Origin: a virus
Lineage: Duplodnaviria > Caudoviricetes
Virus record (IMG/VR): IMGVR_UViG_3300033066_001528
Span: 32,001 to 96,000 of that record
DNA length: 64,000 bases
Direction: 5' to 3' (one strand)
Shown: positions 28,400 through 35,902 of the stretch, in pieces
How the letters are laid out: every line of letters begins with the position of its first letter
How positions within the stretch are numbered: position 1 is the stretch's first letter
Made by a program: the position numbers and the translations under genes
Notes under the pieces: model-generated
What the model was told of the DNA's origin: nothing
The model's input: the letters and a program-made list of their open reading frames with translations, nothing else
Databases searched by the model: none

Positions 28400-29041
28400 A
28401 TGTTCACCCCTACGAAAAATGCCCCGTTCCAACTGGCAACGGACACCATCATGTACAAACCTGGGAAGGGTAGTGGGAATGGTGACATGGATGATATCGC
28501 CAACACCCTCGGACCTAAGTCCAGGAAGGTTCTATTTTCGCGCGGGACCACCGTCACATGGAACGGCGTTCGATCTGGTGGCCTTCTCGTTGTCATCGTG
28601 AAGCTACCCCATGGCGGATCCATCGGGTGGTATGGGGTCAATGAAAAAGACCTAGAACCGCCTGTTCGGTCTCTACGATCGTCCATCATTCGTCTGGCTC
28701 ACGCCAACCCTAAACTCAGGGGCGACCTACTGCCGCTACTCAAAGAGGCCGCAGTGAGAAAAACCATGACCAGGGAACAGATCGAGGGCATGGGAGCCGC
28801 CGTGATCAACAAGGCTTTGGACACCCTCGACAAAGAGCAGAGCAAACTCAACGGCGCCCTCATCGAGGCGGGGTTCGGGCACGTTAGGCTCCAGGAGATC
28901 ATGAGGATGGACCACCCTGTGGCCCAGCAGTATGCCGTGGTGTCGGGTCAGATCGCCCTCCTCCACGAGGAGATCGAGCGCCGCTATGGTCCCGGTGCCC
29001 CCTCCAGACTCCCACGTGGGTTTGGCCCGATCAAGCGCTGA
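28400..29041 (+). CDS. Two-domain protein with an internal copy of the LRSxLIRLAH leader
   Basis: SLRSSIIRLAHANPKLRGDLLPLLKEAA at about 28670-28750. Confidence 0.7.
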   Translation: MFTPTKNAPFQLATDTIMYKPGKGSGNGDMDDIANTLGPKSRKVLFSRGTTVTWNGVRSGGLLVVIVKLPHGGSIGWYGVNEKDLEPPVRSLRSSIIRLAHANPKLRGDLLPLLKEAAVRKTMTREQIEGMGAAVINKALDTLDKEQSKLNGALIEAGFGHVRLQEIMRMDHPVAQQYAVVSGQIALLHEEIERRYGPGAPSRLPRGFGPIKR

Positions 29042-30299
29042 GAAAAGCCCTTAGCCTCTCTCGAACGGCCTCCGGATCTCGTTTGAGTTCTCCCTCCCAC
29101 ACCACCAGACACTGGATGCCAATATCTGCGTAGGCATCAATGAGCTCCTGCTCGTGGTCAAATGGTGCCCTGCCCGTGAACATACGGGAGTGCCAAAAAT
29201 CCCCAAATGCCTCAACTACTTTGGTCACCCCCTTCTTGGGGTTCTCCGGGTCTGGACCTGGGAGAATGAAATCAGGGTTCTTGTGGTGGTTGAGTTTTGG
29301 GAGCCATTTCCAATAGGAAAAATCGCCAGTATATGAAAGGATTGGAGCAAGAGCGTGCAACCGTTGCTCAAACTTGTTGGGTCCATTTTTTGTGCGACCA
29401 AGCTGAAATGGATAGGAAAAATCGGGATGGTTGAGTCTAAAGGTTGTGAGAGCTTTTTTCCAGAAACCATCGATCTGGGAAGGGAACGCCACACCATATC
29501 GCTCCATCAAAACTGCACGAACCTCCCGTTTCCCCTCATCACTGGCAAAATAGTATTCGTTCCCGTACCTAGCTAGAACCGTGTCCAACTGGCGACGCCT
29601 CACACCTGGGTCCTGGTTCGTCCAATCAACACCATATCGGGCAAGGTTGGTCTGGCGAATGCGTTCAACCACTTCAGGGGTGCGAGCGGGTTCCGTGGTG
29701 CCGTACCGGGCAAGATTGGTGTTGTTGACCTTCTCCCGAATAGTTGGGGAGCGCATGAGCTCTCCCCCATACCTATCCGTAGTAGTCTCCCGAGTGCGCT
29801 CTCGGATCTCTGGTACCTGTTGAGGGTTCTCCGCTCCGTACTTGGCAACCATGGACTGACGGACCTTCTCCTGGACTTCCGGGCGGGAGAATGGATTGTC
29901 GCTACCTTTGAGGATTGGACGCTTCCCTTCGAGGGAGTCTTGAACCTTCTGGAAAGTGCTAGCTCCCTTGGCAAACGGGTTCTCCGCCCCATAACGCTGA
30001 AGGTTGGTTGCCTTGCGACGTTCAACAACCTCGGGCGCATGGGTTGGGTCCTCAACCCCATATCGGACCAGTGAAGTGGCAGACCGCTTGGCCAGAGACT
30101 CTGCCTTAGCCGTTTCAGGGTCGCGAGATTGCCACAGGGAGCAATCTCGTTTGTGGCGTTTCATCTGAGTCCCAGAGGTGGAAATGTGACCACAAACACA
30201 CGGATCGGGCGATAGCGCCTTTGGCCACCCAGGACAGATGGCCTTGTGTCTGGAGGTGATGGAAGGGAGGGGTTTCTGGCAGTGTGGGCAGAGGATCAT
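29031..30299 (-). CDS. Free-standing putative homing endonuclease (Zn-ribbon + YGxxNP repeats + Vsr-like nuclease)
   Basis: CPHC and CVCGH; repeated T.L.RYG..NP units; PDF...VEAFGDFWH...LVVWE. Confidence 0.75.
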   Translation of the reverse strand: MILCPHCQKPLPSITSRHKAICPGWPKALSPDPCVCGHISTSGTQMKRHKRDCSLWQSRDPETAKAESLAKRSATSLVRYGVEDPTHAPEVVERRKATNLQRYGAENPFAKGASTFQKVQDSLEGKRPILKGSDNPFSRPEVQEKVRQSMVAKYGAENPQQVPEIRERTRETTTDRYGGELMRSPTIREKVNNTNLARYGTTEPARTPEVVERIRQTNLARYGVDWTNQDPGVRRRQLDTVLARYGNEYYFASDEGKREVRAVLMERYGVAFPSQIDGFWKKALTTFRLNHPDFSYPFQLGRTKNGPNKFEQRLHALAPILSYTGDFSYWKWLPKLNHHKNPDFILPGPDPENPKKGVTKVVEAFGDFWHSRMFTGRAPFDHEQELIDAYADIGIQCLVVWEGELKRDPEAVRERLRAFLSA

Positions 30300-30311
30300 A
30301 TCCCCGTTACG

Positions 30312-30352
30312 CCAAAACCGTAGACAGAGGGGGATGTGACCCCTCTGCCTAC
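30312..30352 (-). terminator. Probable intrinsic terminator
   Basis: Minus strand GTAGGCAGAGGGG-TCACATC-CCCCTCTGTCTAC followed by GGTTTT. Confidence 0.55.
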
Positions 30353-30359
30353 AGAGAGG

Positions 30360-31259
30360 TCAAACGAACCCCCTCGGGCTGGTCACACCCCGGCCCACAG
30401 CGGGACCGAAGGCTGAGCGAACACCCATTCCATAGCGGGACTGCTGAAGACCTCTTGTGAACTTCGTGGTAGCCAGCTTGGCCTCACCAGCTTTTTCCAC
30501 TTGACTCTCGGCACTTTGTCTGAGCTGCTCGTACTTGGATGATCGCTCAAGAGATAGAGATATCCCACCAATAGAGTAATCGAACTCATCCACCACCCAA
30601 TTTGCGGACAGTGCGAAAGTAGCATGAACAATGGCCTGCCACAAGACAGCAGTTCTCCATTCGGGTTTCTCAATCACAAGCTGGTCGATTGTTCTCAAAC
30701 CAGACGTGTTGGGTGGAAGCATGTTCCACCAGTTCAGAGCCATCTCCAGGTATTCGGCAAACTCGGCGTCTTCCCATACCTGACCAAACACCCGGTTATA
30801 GGCACCAATATTACCCTCAGCCTCGGGGGGGCGAAAGTGGTAGAATTTATCAGGGCAATTTCCCAGAACCCACCCCGTACCCTGGCATTTGAATCGGTGC
30901 CAATCTTCAACCGTGATATCGTACATGAACTGCCGGTGCGGCAGTTCAACCACGGACAGAACGGGTATGTAGAGAACGGAGTCCCCAGCTACTGTGAGAA
31001 TCATGTCCCCCGGTTTGAGGCTCTCAGCTTGTACCTTGTCACCTTGACCCAACCCAAAGTATACGGGGTGACCACCTGTGAGGACAACCGCCCCAACCGA
31101 GCTGGTTACGGAAAGAATTGTCTCCCATGGGACTTCGTTCCTGAAGGTCTTCAGAATTCGCTTCCACACCACATCCCCCGTGGGGGAGACAGACTGAACG
31201 GTCAAATTCCCTTTAAGGTAGGTGTTTCGGATTTTCTCTCGTTGTTCGCTAGTTAGCAT
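30360..31259 (-). CDS. C-terminal half of a split virion (head-completion-like) gene: 134-aa IntC + C-extein
   Basis: Block B VLTGGHP, block F MYDITVEDWHRF, block G VLGN/C; ATG at 31259 overlaps the stop of the endonuclease gene. Confidence 0.8.
   Translation of the reverse strand: MLTSEQREKIRNTYLKGNLTVQSVSPTGDVVWKRILKTFRNEVPWETILSVTSSVGAVVLTGGHPVYFGLGQGDKVQAESLKPGDMILTVAGDSVLYIPVLSVVELPHRQFMYDITVEDWHRFKCQGTGWVLGNCPDKFYHFRPPEAEGNIGAYNRVFGQVWEDAEFAEYLEMALNWWNMLPPNTSGLRTIDQLVIEKPEWRTAVLWQAIVHATFALSANWVVDEFDYSIGGISLSLERSSKYEQLRQSAESQVEKAGEAKLATTKFTRGLQQSRYGMGVRSAFGPAVGRGVTSPRGFV
30858..31259 (-). mobile_element. Split intein C-fragment (IntC)
   Basis: Ends in Gly-Asn followed by Cys+1 (CPDKFYHFRPP). 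Confidence 0.8.
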
Positions 31260-32152
31260 TCCAGATCCTTTTCGGTCCACACTTCAAAGGACCATCCCTG
31301 AGAGGCAGAATAGTCTCTAGCTACACGGAGGCGGTTTTGTTCCTTGCTGTCCCCCGGCAACCCCAACACCCACGCGGATTTGACTTCCACCAGGGTCACT
31401 ATCCCACCCTCTCTCAAAGCGATGAAATCGGGAAGCATCCATTTACCGTTGGGTAGGCAAATACGGCGTTCGTACTCATAGAGCAAAACGGTCGCGTCCG
31501 CCTCCAGTTTGGCAACTGCTTTCACCTCGTAGCTACTACGAACAAAAACGCGGCCCGTTGTGCCTTTGGGGGTGTCAACCCATTGAGATTTTCCGCGGGC
31601 GTACTTTTCAGGATTGGCCCTCATTCGGAGCGTTTGCGACTCCGATCGCTTTTGTCTTTGCTCAGTGGATCGGTGGAAAGAAAGGAGTCTGTCCCGAACT
31701 GCAGTGTCAGACCAGAGGTTCTTCGAATGTACACCAGCCCGCTGTCTGTGATCCTCCGTCCAGGACTCACGAAGGTGTTGTTTCTGGGCATCCGTCAATT
31801 TCCGGCCTTTGAAGAAATCAAACACACCGGACTCCCACTGGCGTTCAAGTTGACCCGGACGTTTTTTGCCTTTCCAGGAGGTGCCGACATTCTTTCCGAC
31901 ACGCCTCACGGTAAACCTGGATGCTGGGTTCCACATGGCGTCTGTAAGCCTTTGGATGCCCCCCTGGCTCAAACCCGTGATCGCAAGCATGTCGGCCCAG
32001 GACGTACCCCGTTCGTGGAGTTCGGTCACTATGGCCTTCCTCGCCTTCACGATGAACTCGGAAACCTCCTTTGGAAGACGCCCCCTCCGGGCGAAATCAT
32101 TGGGTGTGATGTTGTGTTTTTCGAGAAGTGGGAGAAGGTCTGGGTGGATCAC
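31253..32152 (-). CDS. Free-standing endonuclease with a TnsA-N/PD-(D/E)xK-like C-terminal domain
   Basis: RSSYE...YEYE...PDF...LVEVKS; N-terminal HTH and basic NUMOD-like segments; lies between the split-intein halves. Confidence 0.75.
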   Translation of the reverse strand: MIHPDLLPLLEKHNITPNDFARRGRLPKEVSEFIVKARKAIVTELHERGTSWADMLAITGLSQGGIQRLTDAMWNPASRFTVRRVGKNVGTSWKGKKRPGQLERQWESGVFDFFKGRKLTDAQKQHLRESWTEDHRQRAGVHSKNLWSDTAVRDRLLSFHRSTEQRQKRSESQTLRMRANPEKYARGKSQWVDTPKGTTGRVFVRSSYEVKAVAKLEADATVLLYEYERRICLPNGKWMLPDFIALREGGIVTLVEVKSAWVLGLPGDSKEQNRLRVARDYSASQGWSFEVWTEKDLEC

Positions 32153-32158
32153 GGAAGG

Positions 32159-32659
32159 TCACTCCGTAGGACAATCTTTGAGGATGTCATGTAGCTCTTC
32201 CAGGCTTACCACAATCCGCTCCCCACCAGCGTCTACCTCGATCGTCTCTTCCCCCCCAACACACTGATCCCTAAGTAGAACCCGAAGCTTGTTAATCATC
32301 CCCTGAACGTTAGGTGAGTAGACCACGGGAACAACACCTGGGGACCTAACGGACCACTCCTGTACCACAACCGAAACAGGAGCACCAGCAGTCTGGGTGA
32401 TAGACCAACGAATACGATAGGCCCCAACAGTAGCAGAAGGGGGTACTTGCAGAGAGGCGTAGTATTCCCCAATCTGAGGATTGACCGGAACACGAGCCGA
32501 AGGACCAATCAGAACTTCCGTCTCCGGTGGACCTGGATCCACGTAGTAAATAGCGTAGGTTACGGAATAAGCATTTGCGGCAAACCCCCCACCATCCACA
32601 AGGTAAAGGTCAAGGTCACCTTGACTGATAGTCTGCCCTGGTGTGAATGAAGTAGTCAT
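32159..32659 (-). CDS. N-terminal half of the split virion gene: N-extein + 34-aa IntN
   Basis: ...LRVLLRDQ/CVGGEETIEVDAGGERIVVSLEELHDILKDCPTE* (block A-like). Confidence 0.75.
   Translation of the reverse strand: MTTSFTPGQTISQGDLDLYLVDGGGFAANAYSVTYAIYYVDPGPPETEVLIGPSARVPVNPQIGEYYASLQVPPSATVGAYRIRWSITQTAGAPVSVVVQEWSVRSPGVVPVVYSPNVQGMINKLRVLLRDQCVGGEETIEVDAGGERIVVSLEELHDILKDCPTE
32162..32263 (-). mobile_element. Atypically short split intein N-fragment (IntN, 34 aa)
   Basis: Starts with Cys1, block-A pattern CVxGxxxIxV...V.LEEL, then a stop codon. Confidence 0.72.
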
Positions 32660-32747
32660 CTATAATCGTGAGGAATATAGGGCTAACCGTGCAAGAGAAC
32701 CGAGAAGTCTTGCACCAAAGCCTTCAACTTCTCAGAGGGCGGTACCA

Positions 32748-33038
32748 CTAGTCTTTCTGCGTGACATATTTGAGAAGGTCCCTCAGCCGACCCTCAAGAG
32801 CCTCTGACTCCCCAATTGCTCTTTCTACCACGCTCGCCCCAACAATCCCACCTAAAAGTTTCTGGTCTTCCTTGAGGGATTTTGTGGTCTTTTCTTGATT
32901 GGATAGTGCCTTTTGTGCTGCTCCCTTTGCTTTAGCAAAGTCACTATCCACTGCTTCTTTAAGCAATGGGAGGAGATCCTTGCGGAGCTCAGGATTAGTG
33001 TGGGCCAGTTTGATGATCGATGAGCGTAGGGATGACAT
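32748..33038 (-). CDS. Leader-tagged small helical protein
   Basis: MSSLRSSIIKLAHTNPELRKDLLPLLKEA. Confidence 0.8.
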   Translation of the reverse strand: MSSLRSSIIKLAHTNPELRKDLLPLLKEAVDSDFAKAKGAAQKALSNQEKTTKSLKEDQKLLGGIVGASVVERAIGESEALEGRLRDLLKYVTQKD

Positions 33039-33062
33039 ACCTACACTGAGAATAAAAAGTAT

Positions 33063-33299
33063 CTATCGAAGAAGGCCCTTCATTGACCTAACCTCTTTAG
33101 CATAAGGATAGGCCGGAACACGAGCTACCCCACCGTAGAAACCCTGCTTAAGGTCATGGATATTGGTTACGGGCTCGAAATTGAAAAAGCTCTTGCCCGT
33201 TGTGTCTTTGGTGACTCCCCGAAAGGGAACGTTGGCTACCGACAGGTAGGCCGCATAATAGGGGTCACTAGTGGTGTAGTAAGCACTCACAGTAACCAA
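33063..33299 (-). CDS. Small phage protein (DUF5659-like)
   Basis: YTTSDPYYAAYL...FFNF pattern. Confidence 0.5.
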   Translation of the reverse strand: MVTVSAYYTTSDPYYAAYLSVANVPFRGVTKDTTGKSFFNFEPVTNIHDLKQGFYGGVARVPAYPYAKEVRSMKGLLR

Positions 33300-33302
33300 C
33301 CT

Positions 33303-33623
33303 TTACAAATTCCCCCGCATAGCTCTTTTCAACTCAGATCGGAAGGCATCCCATATAGCCATGAGAGACTCGGAATCCCTGGTGCCCAAAGATGCATTTC
33401 GGGAGATGATTTTCGAAATCTTGTCATGTGCTTCTCGTACAGAGGATGCGGCGGCCAGGATCTCTACTGTGATCTGATGTGTGACATCCTCATGACCAAC
33501 GTACAACAAGAAAGGGTTGTCATCTTCAAAACCACCAGTCTTTGTGAGCATTGGAAGAAGATGGGGTCTAAGAATTGGGCTGGTATGAGCCAATCGGATC
33601 AACTTTGAGCGCAAGGAGGACAT
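33303..33623 (-). CDS. Leader-tagged small protein
   Basis: MSSLRSKLIRLAHTSPILRPHLLPMLTKTGG. Confidence 0.8.
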   Translation of the reverse strand: MSSLRSKLIRLAHTSPILRPHLLPMLTKTGGFEDDNPFLLYVGHEDVTHQITVEILAAASSVREAHDKISKIISRNASLGTRDSESLMAIWDAFRSELKRAMRGNL

Positions 33624-33646
33624 ACCCAAAGGACACAAACAACAGG

Positions 33647-33862
33647 TTATCGAACGGAGTTGACTAGTGGGGGGATGCGATTAACAAAAGAAGAGAGGTC
33701 TTCCCCTTTTTTCTGCTGATAGGAGGAGGTAAGAATGTGGCAAAACATCCAACGGTTAAACTCCGGGTCCAAATCGCCATCCTCTTCAGTCACGGCATCC
33801 CCCAAAGCATCCCAAAATCTTTTAGCTGCTTTGAAGTCTTTGAAGATATGATCTCCGGGCAT
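33647..33862 (-). CDS. Hypothetical small protein
   Basis: 71-aa ORF in operon orientation. Confidence 0.45.
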   Translation of the reverse strand: MPGDHIFKDFKAAKRFWDALGDAVTEEDGDLDPEFNRWMFCHILTSSYQQKKGEDLSSFVNRIPPLVNSVR

Positions 33863-33978
33863 AGGATCCGATGGATCCGTAGATAGGCCGGATTTGGAGA
33901 CTATGTCTCGTAGGTCAAGGGGTGATTCTAAGATGGAATTAGGGGAAGGGCGGAAGGTCGGAAGGGCGGAAACTTAAA

Positions 33979-34680
33979 TCAGAGAACGGAACCCGTATCG
34001 CTATAGACCACTAGGGCAGCACCCGTGGTATCCCGATAGGTAAAAGAGGATGAAGTGAACCCATTAAGCTGACCTTGGGCCAAACTAATGTAAAAGCTAG
34101 AGTCCATCGCCAACACATCGGTAAAGGTGTTGAAGTTGAAGTTAGCAGCGTTCCAAGCAGCCGCGCTGCTTTGGGGAGTAAACACAGTGCTGGTGTTCTG
34201 AATCACGGATCCGGAAGGAACCGTGTAGGTAGCACCGGCAAGAATGCGAAGGACATCCGAAACGGCACCAGTCGAAGCGGATCCGCCAAGGGAATTAAGC
34301 TCGGTGCCCGCACCCGCAGCGGCAACCAGAATTGTGTTGATATCCGCAAGGGTAAGGTCCGATCCGGCCCTCATTGCGGTGATAAGAGCGGCGGCGGCAG
34401 TGTCAGCCTGGGTAGGTGTCATCGCAGCACCACCGGCCCCATCCTGCTGAACGTTGGCAAGAAGATATGCGGCCAAACCAGAGTAAGCGGCAGCAAACTG
34501 CCGCTGGGCACCACCCGTTGAGGTCAACACAACGGTTGACGTGTTAGGGGCGTTGCAGTACCTAGGGCCCTGAGGCTTGGGGTCTACAACGGCATTGGCC
34601 TGGGTTTTGTTGGGCCAAAAGTCCGTAACCTGAAGGGTTCCGTTAGGGATATCCGTACGTCGAAGACAAATAAATGGCAT
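33979..34680 (-). CDS. Putative virion structural protein
   Basis: Ala/Gly/Thr-rich, head-module context; start MPFICLRR. Confidence 0.6.
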   Translation of the reverse strand: MPFICLRRTDIPNGTLQVTDFWPNKTQANAVVDPKPQGPRYCNAPNTSTVVLTSTGGAQRQFAAAYSGLAAYLLANVQQDGAGGAAMTPTQADTAAAALITAMRAGSDLTLADINTILVAAAGAGTELNSLGGSASTGAVSDVLRILAGATYTVPSGSVIQNTSTVFTPQSSAAAWNAANFNFNTFTDVLAMDSSFYISLAQGQLNGFTSSSFTYRDTTGAALVVYSDTGSVL

Positions 34681-34763
34681 GTTGAACCTTCTGTTCTTAC
34701 AAGGACCAGGACATCCGGTCCCATCACACAAAAGGGCTGAGGGATAGAGAAGGTATTGAGCCG

Positions 34764-35513
34764 TCAGGCGCTATTGATTACGGAAGCTCGAACTGTAAAC
34801 CATGGGTTCCCGTTAGGACAAGCCACAAACAACTCCGGGCTCCCACCACCATTCAAAGACATTTCCTGGTTAGGAAGAAGAACCGAGGGTGCCATCCCAG
34901 GATGAAGTGAAAAGAATAAAGGAAGAGTAGAGCTCAGGTTAACAATGGAGATTGTTGATAGATAGCCCGGCAAAAGGAAATTCATAACCTCCGGGGGCAT
35001 GATATCCGGAATGTTAGAGGGGAAAGCTCCTATTGCTAGGTTGGGGGCCTTCCCCGTAAGGGTGATAACGGGACCCCGAGTCGTGAAAAAGTCATAGGGT
35101 GGAAGCACCATTATGGGACCTTCCGACAGGTATGCAGCGCCAGCATCGTTATACCGCTGGATCCTCAAAAACGCCACGTTGTCATCCGAAGGAAGATAGG
35201 ATGCTACGGCCGAATTGGGAGTTGAATAATCATCGGGATCGTATACAACACGAGACAGATTGGTATTGCTCTCATCAACGGCTGGAAGCTTCCGGCTTAG
35301 GACGCTAGGAGATCGGAAAGTAGCGCCGGACATTACTTCAAACATCGAAATAGTGCCAAAACCACCAACGCCCGCTACGTTCCCATAGGCATCGTTGATA
35401 CGAGCGGCTCCATTCACCCTGAATTTGGAGCTACCTGGAACCACAGGGAAAGTCATGTTCACCATATTTGGTGACCTATATTGAATGGAAGGGAAATCTC
35501 TCTGACGGGTCAT
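34764..35513 (-). CDS. Putative virion structural protein
   Basis: Beta-rich 249-aa ORF in the structural region. Confidence 0.55.
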   Translation of the reverse strand: MTRQRDFPSIQYRSPNMVNMTFPVVPGSSKFRVNGAARINDAYGNVAGVGGFGTISMFEVMSGATFRSPSVLSRKLPAVDESNTNLSRVVYDPDDYSTPNSAVASYLPSDDNVAFLRIQRYNDAGAAYLSEGPIMVLPPYDFFTTRGPVITLTGKAPNLAIGAFPSNIPDIMPPEVMNFLLPGYLSTISIVNLSSTLPLFFSLHPGMAPSVLLPNQEMSLNGGGSPELFVACPNGNPWFTVRASVINSA

Positions 35514-35890
35514 GCTTTCTTCTCTTCTCTGATCTTAGCTTCGTAGCTAGTCGTGTCTTTGCCTTTGGAAGCGGCAAGTTTTTTTGCTTCAGACCAGGAG
35601 TCAACCCTTTCACCATCCACATTCGGGGCAAGTCTCACACCCGGGGCTTCTCGCTTCAATTGATCCTGACGTATAGAAGCTTTCCTGTTTCTTTCCGCCA
35701 TCTGGGATTTTATGCGAAGATTTTTCCCAACCCAATCATCACCCTTAAGGATGAAGCTTGGCATGGATATGATCCGACCCGCCGGATGACCGCATAGTCC
35801 GCACTCTTGAGGGCTATGGGATTCCGACATAGGGAGCCTAAGTTCGAATTGGTTAGAGCACTTCTGGCACAAAAACTCATAGGTTGGCAT
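35510..35890 (-). CDS. FmdB-family Zn-ribbon protein
   Basis: MPTYEFLCQKC...CGLCG...RIIS...FILKG..W. Confidence 0.8.
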   Translation of the reverse strand: MPTYEFLCQKCSNQFELRLPMSESHSPQECGLCGHPAGRIISMPSFILKGDDWVGKNLRIKSQMAERNRKASIRQDQLKREAPGVRLAPNVDGERVDSWSEAKKLAASKGKDTTSYEAKIREEKKA

Positions 35891-35902
35891 GGTTTATACC
35901 CC

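Noticed and set aside
31253-32152. Tn7-like transposon inferred from the TnsA-like domain
   Set aside because: No TnsB/C/D genes or transposon ends; the context fits a free-standing homing endonuclease.
32108-32152. PDLLPLLEK at the endonuclease N-terminus as a 12th leader copy
   Set aside because: Only the last few residues match and the LRSxLIRLAH half is missing; probably chance.
31260-32160. Group I intron separating the two intein halves
   Set aside because: There is almost no non-coding space: 6 nt on one side and an overlapping stop/start on the other, leaving no room for a ribozyme core.
33944-33971. 12-nt direct repeat ggaagggcggaa
   Set aside because: Only two copies in purine-rich intergenic sequence; no function can be supported.
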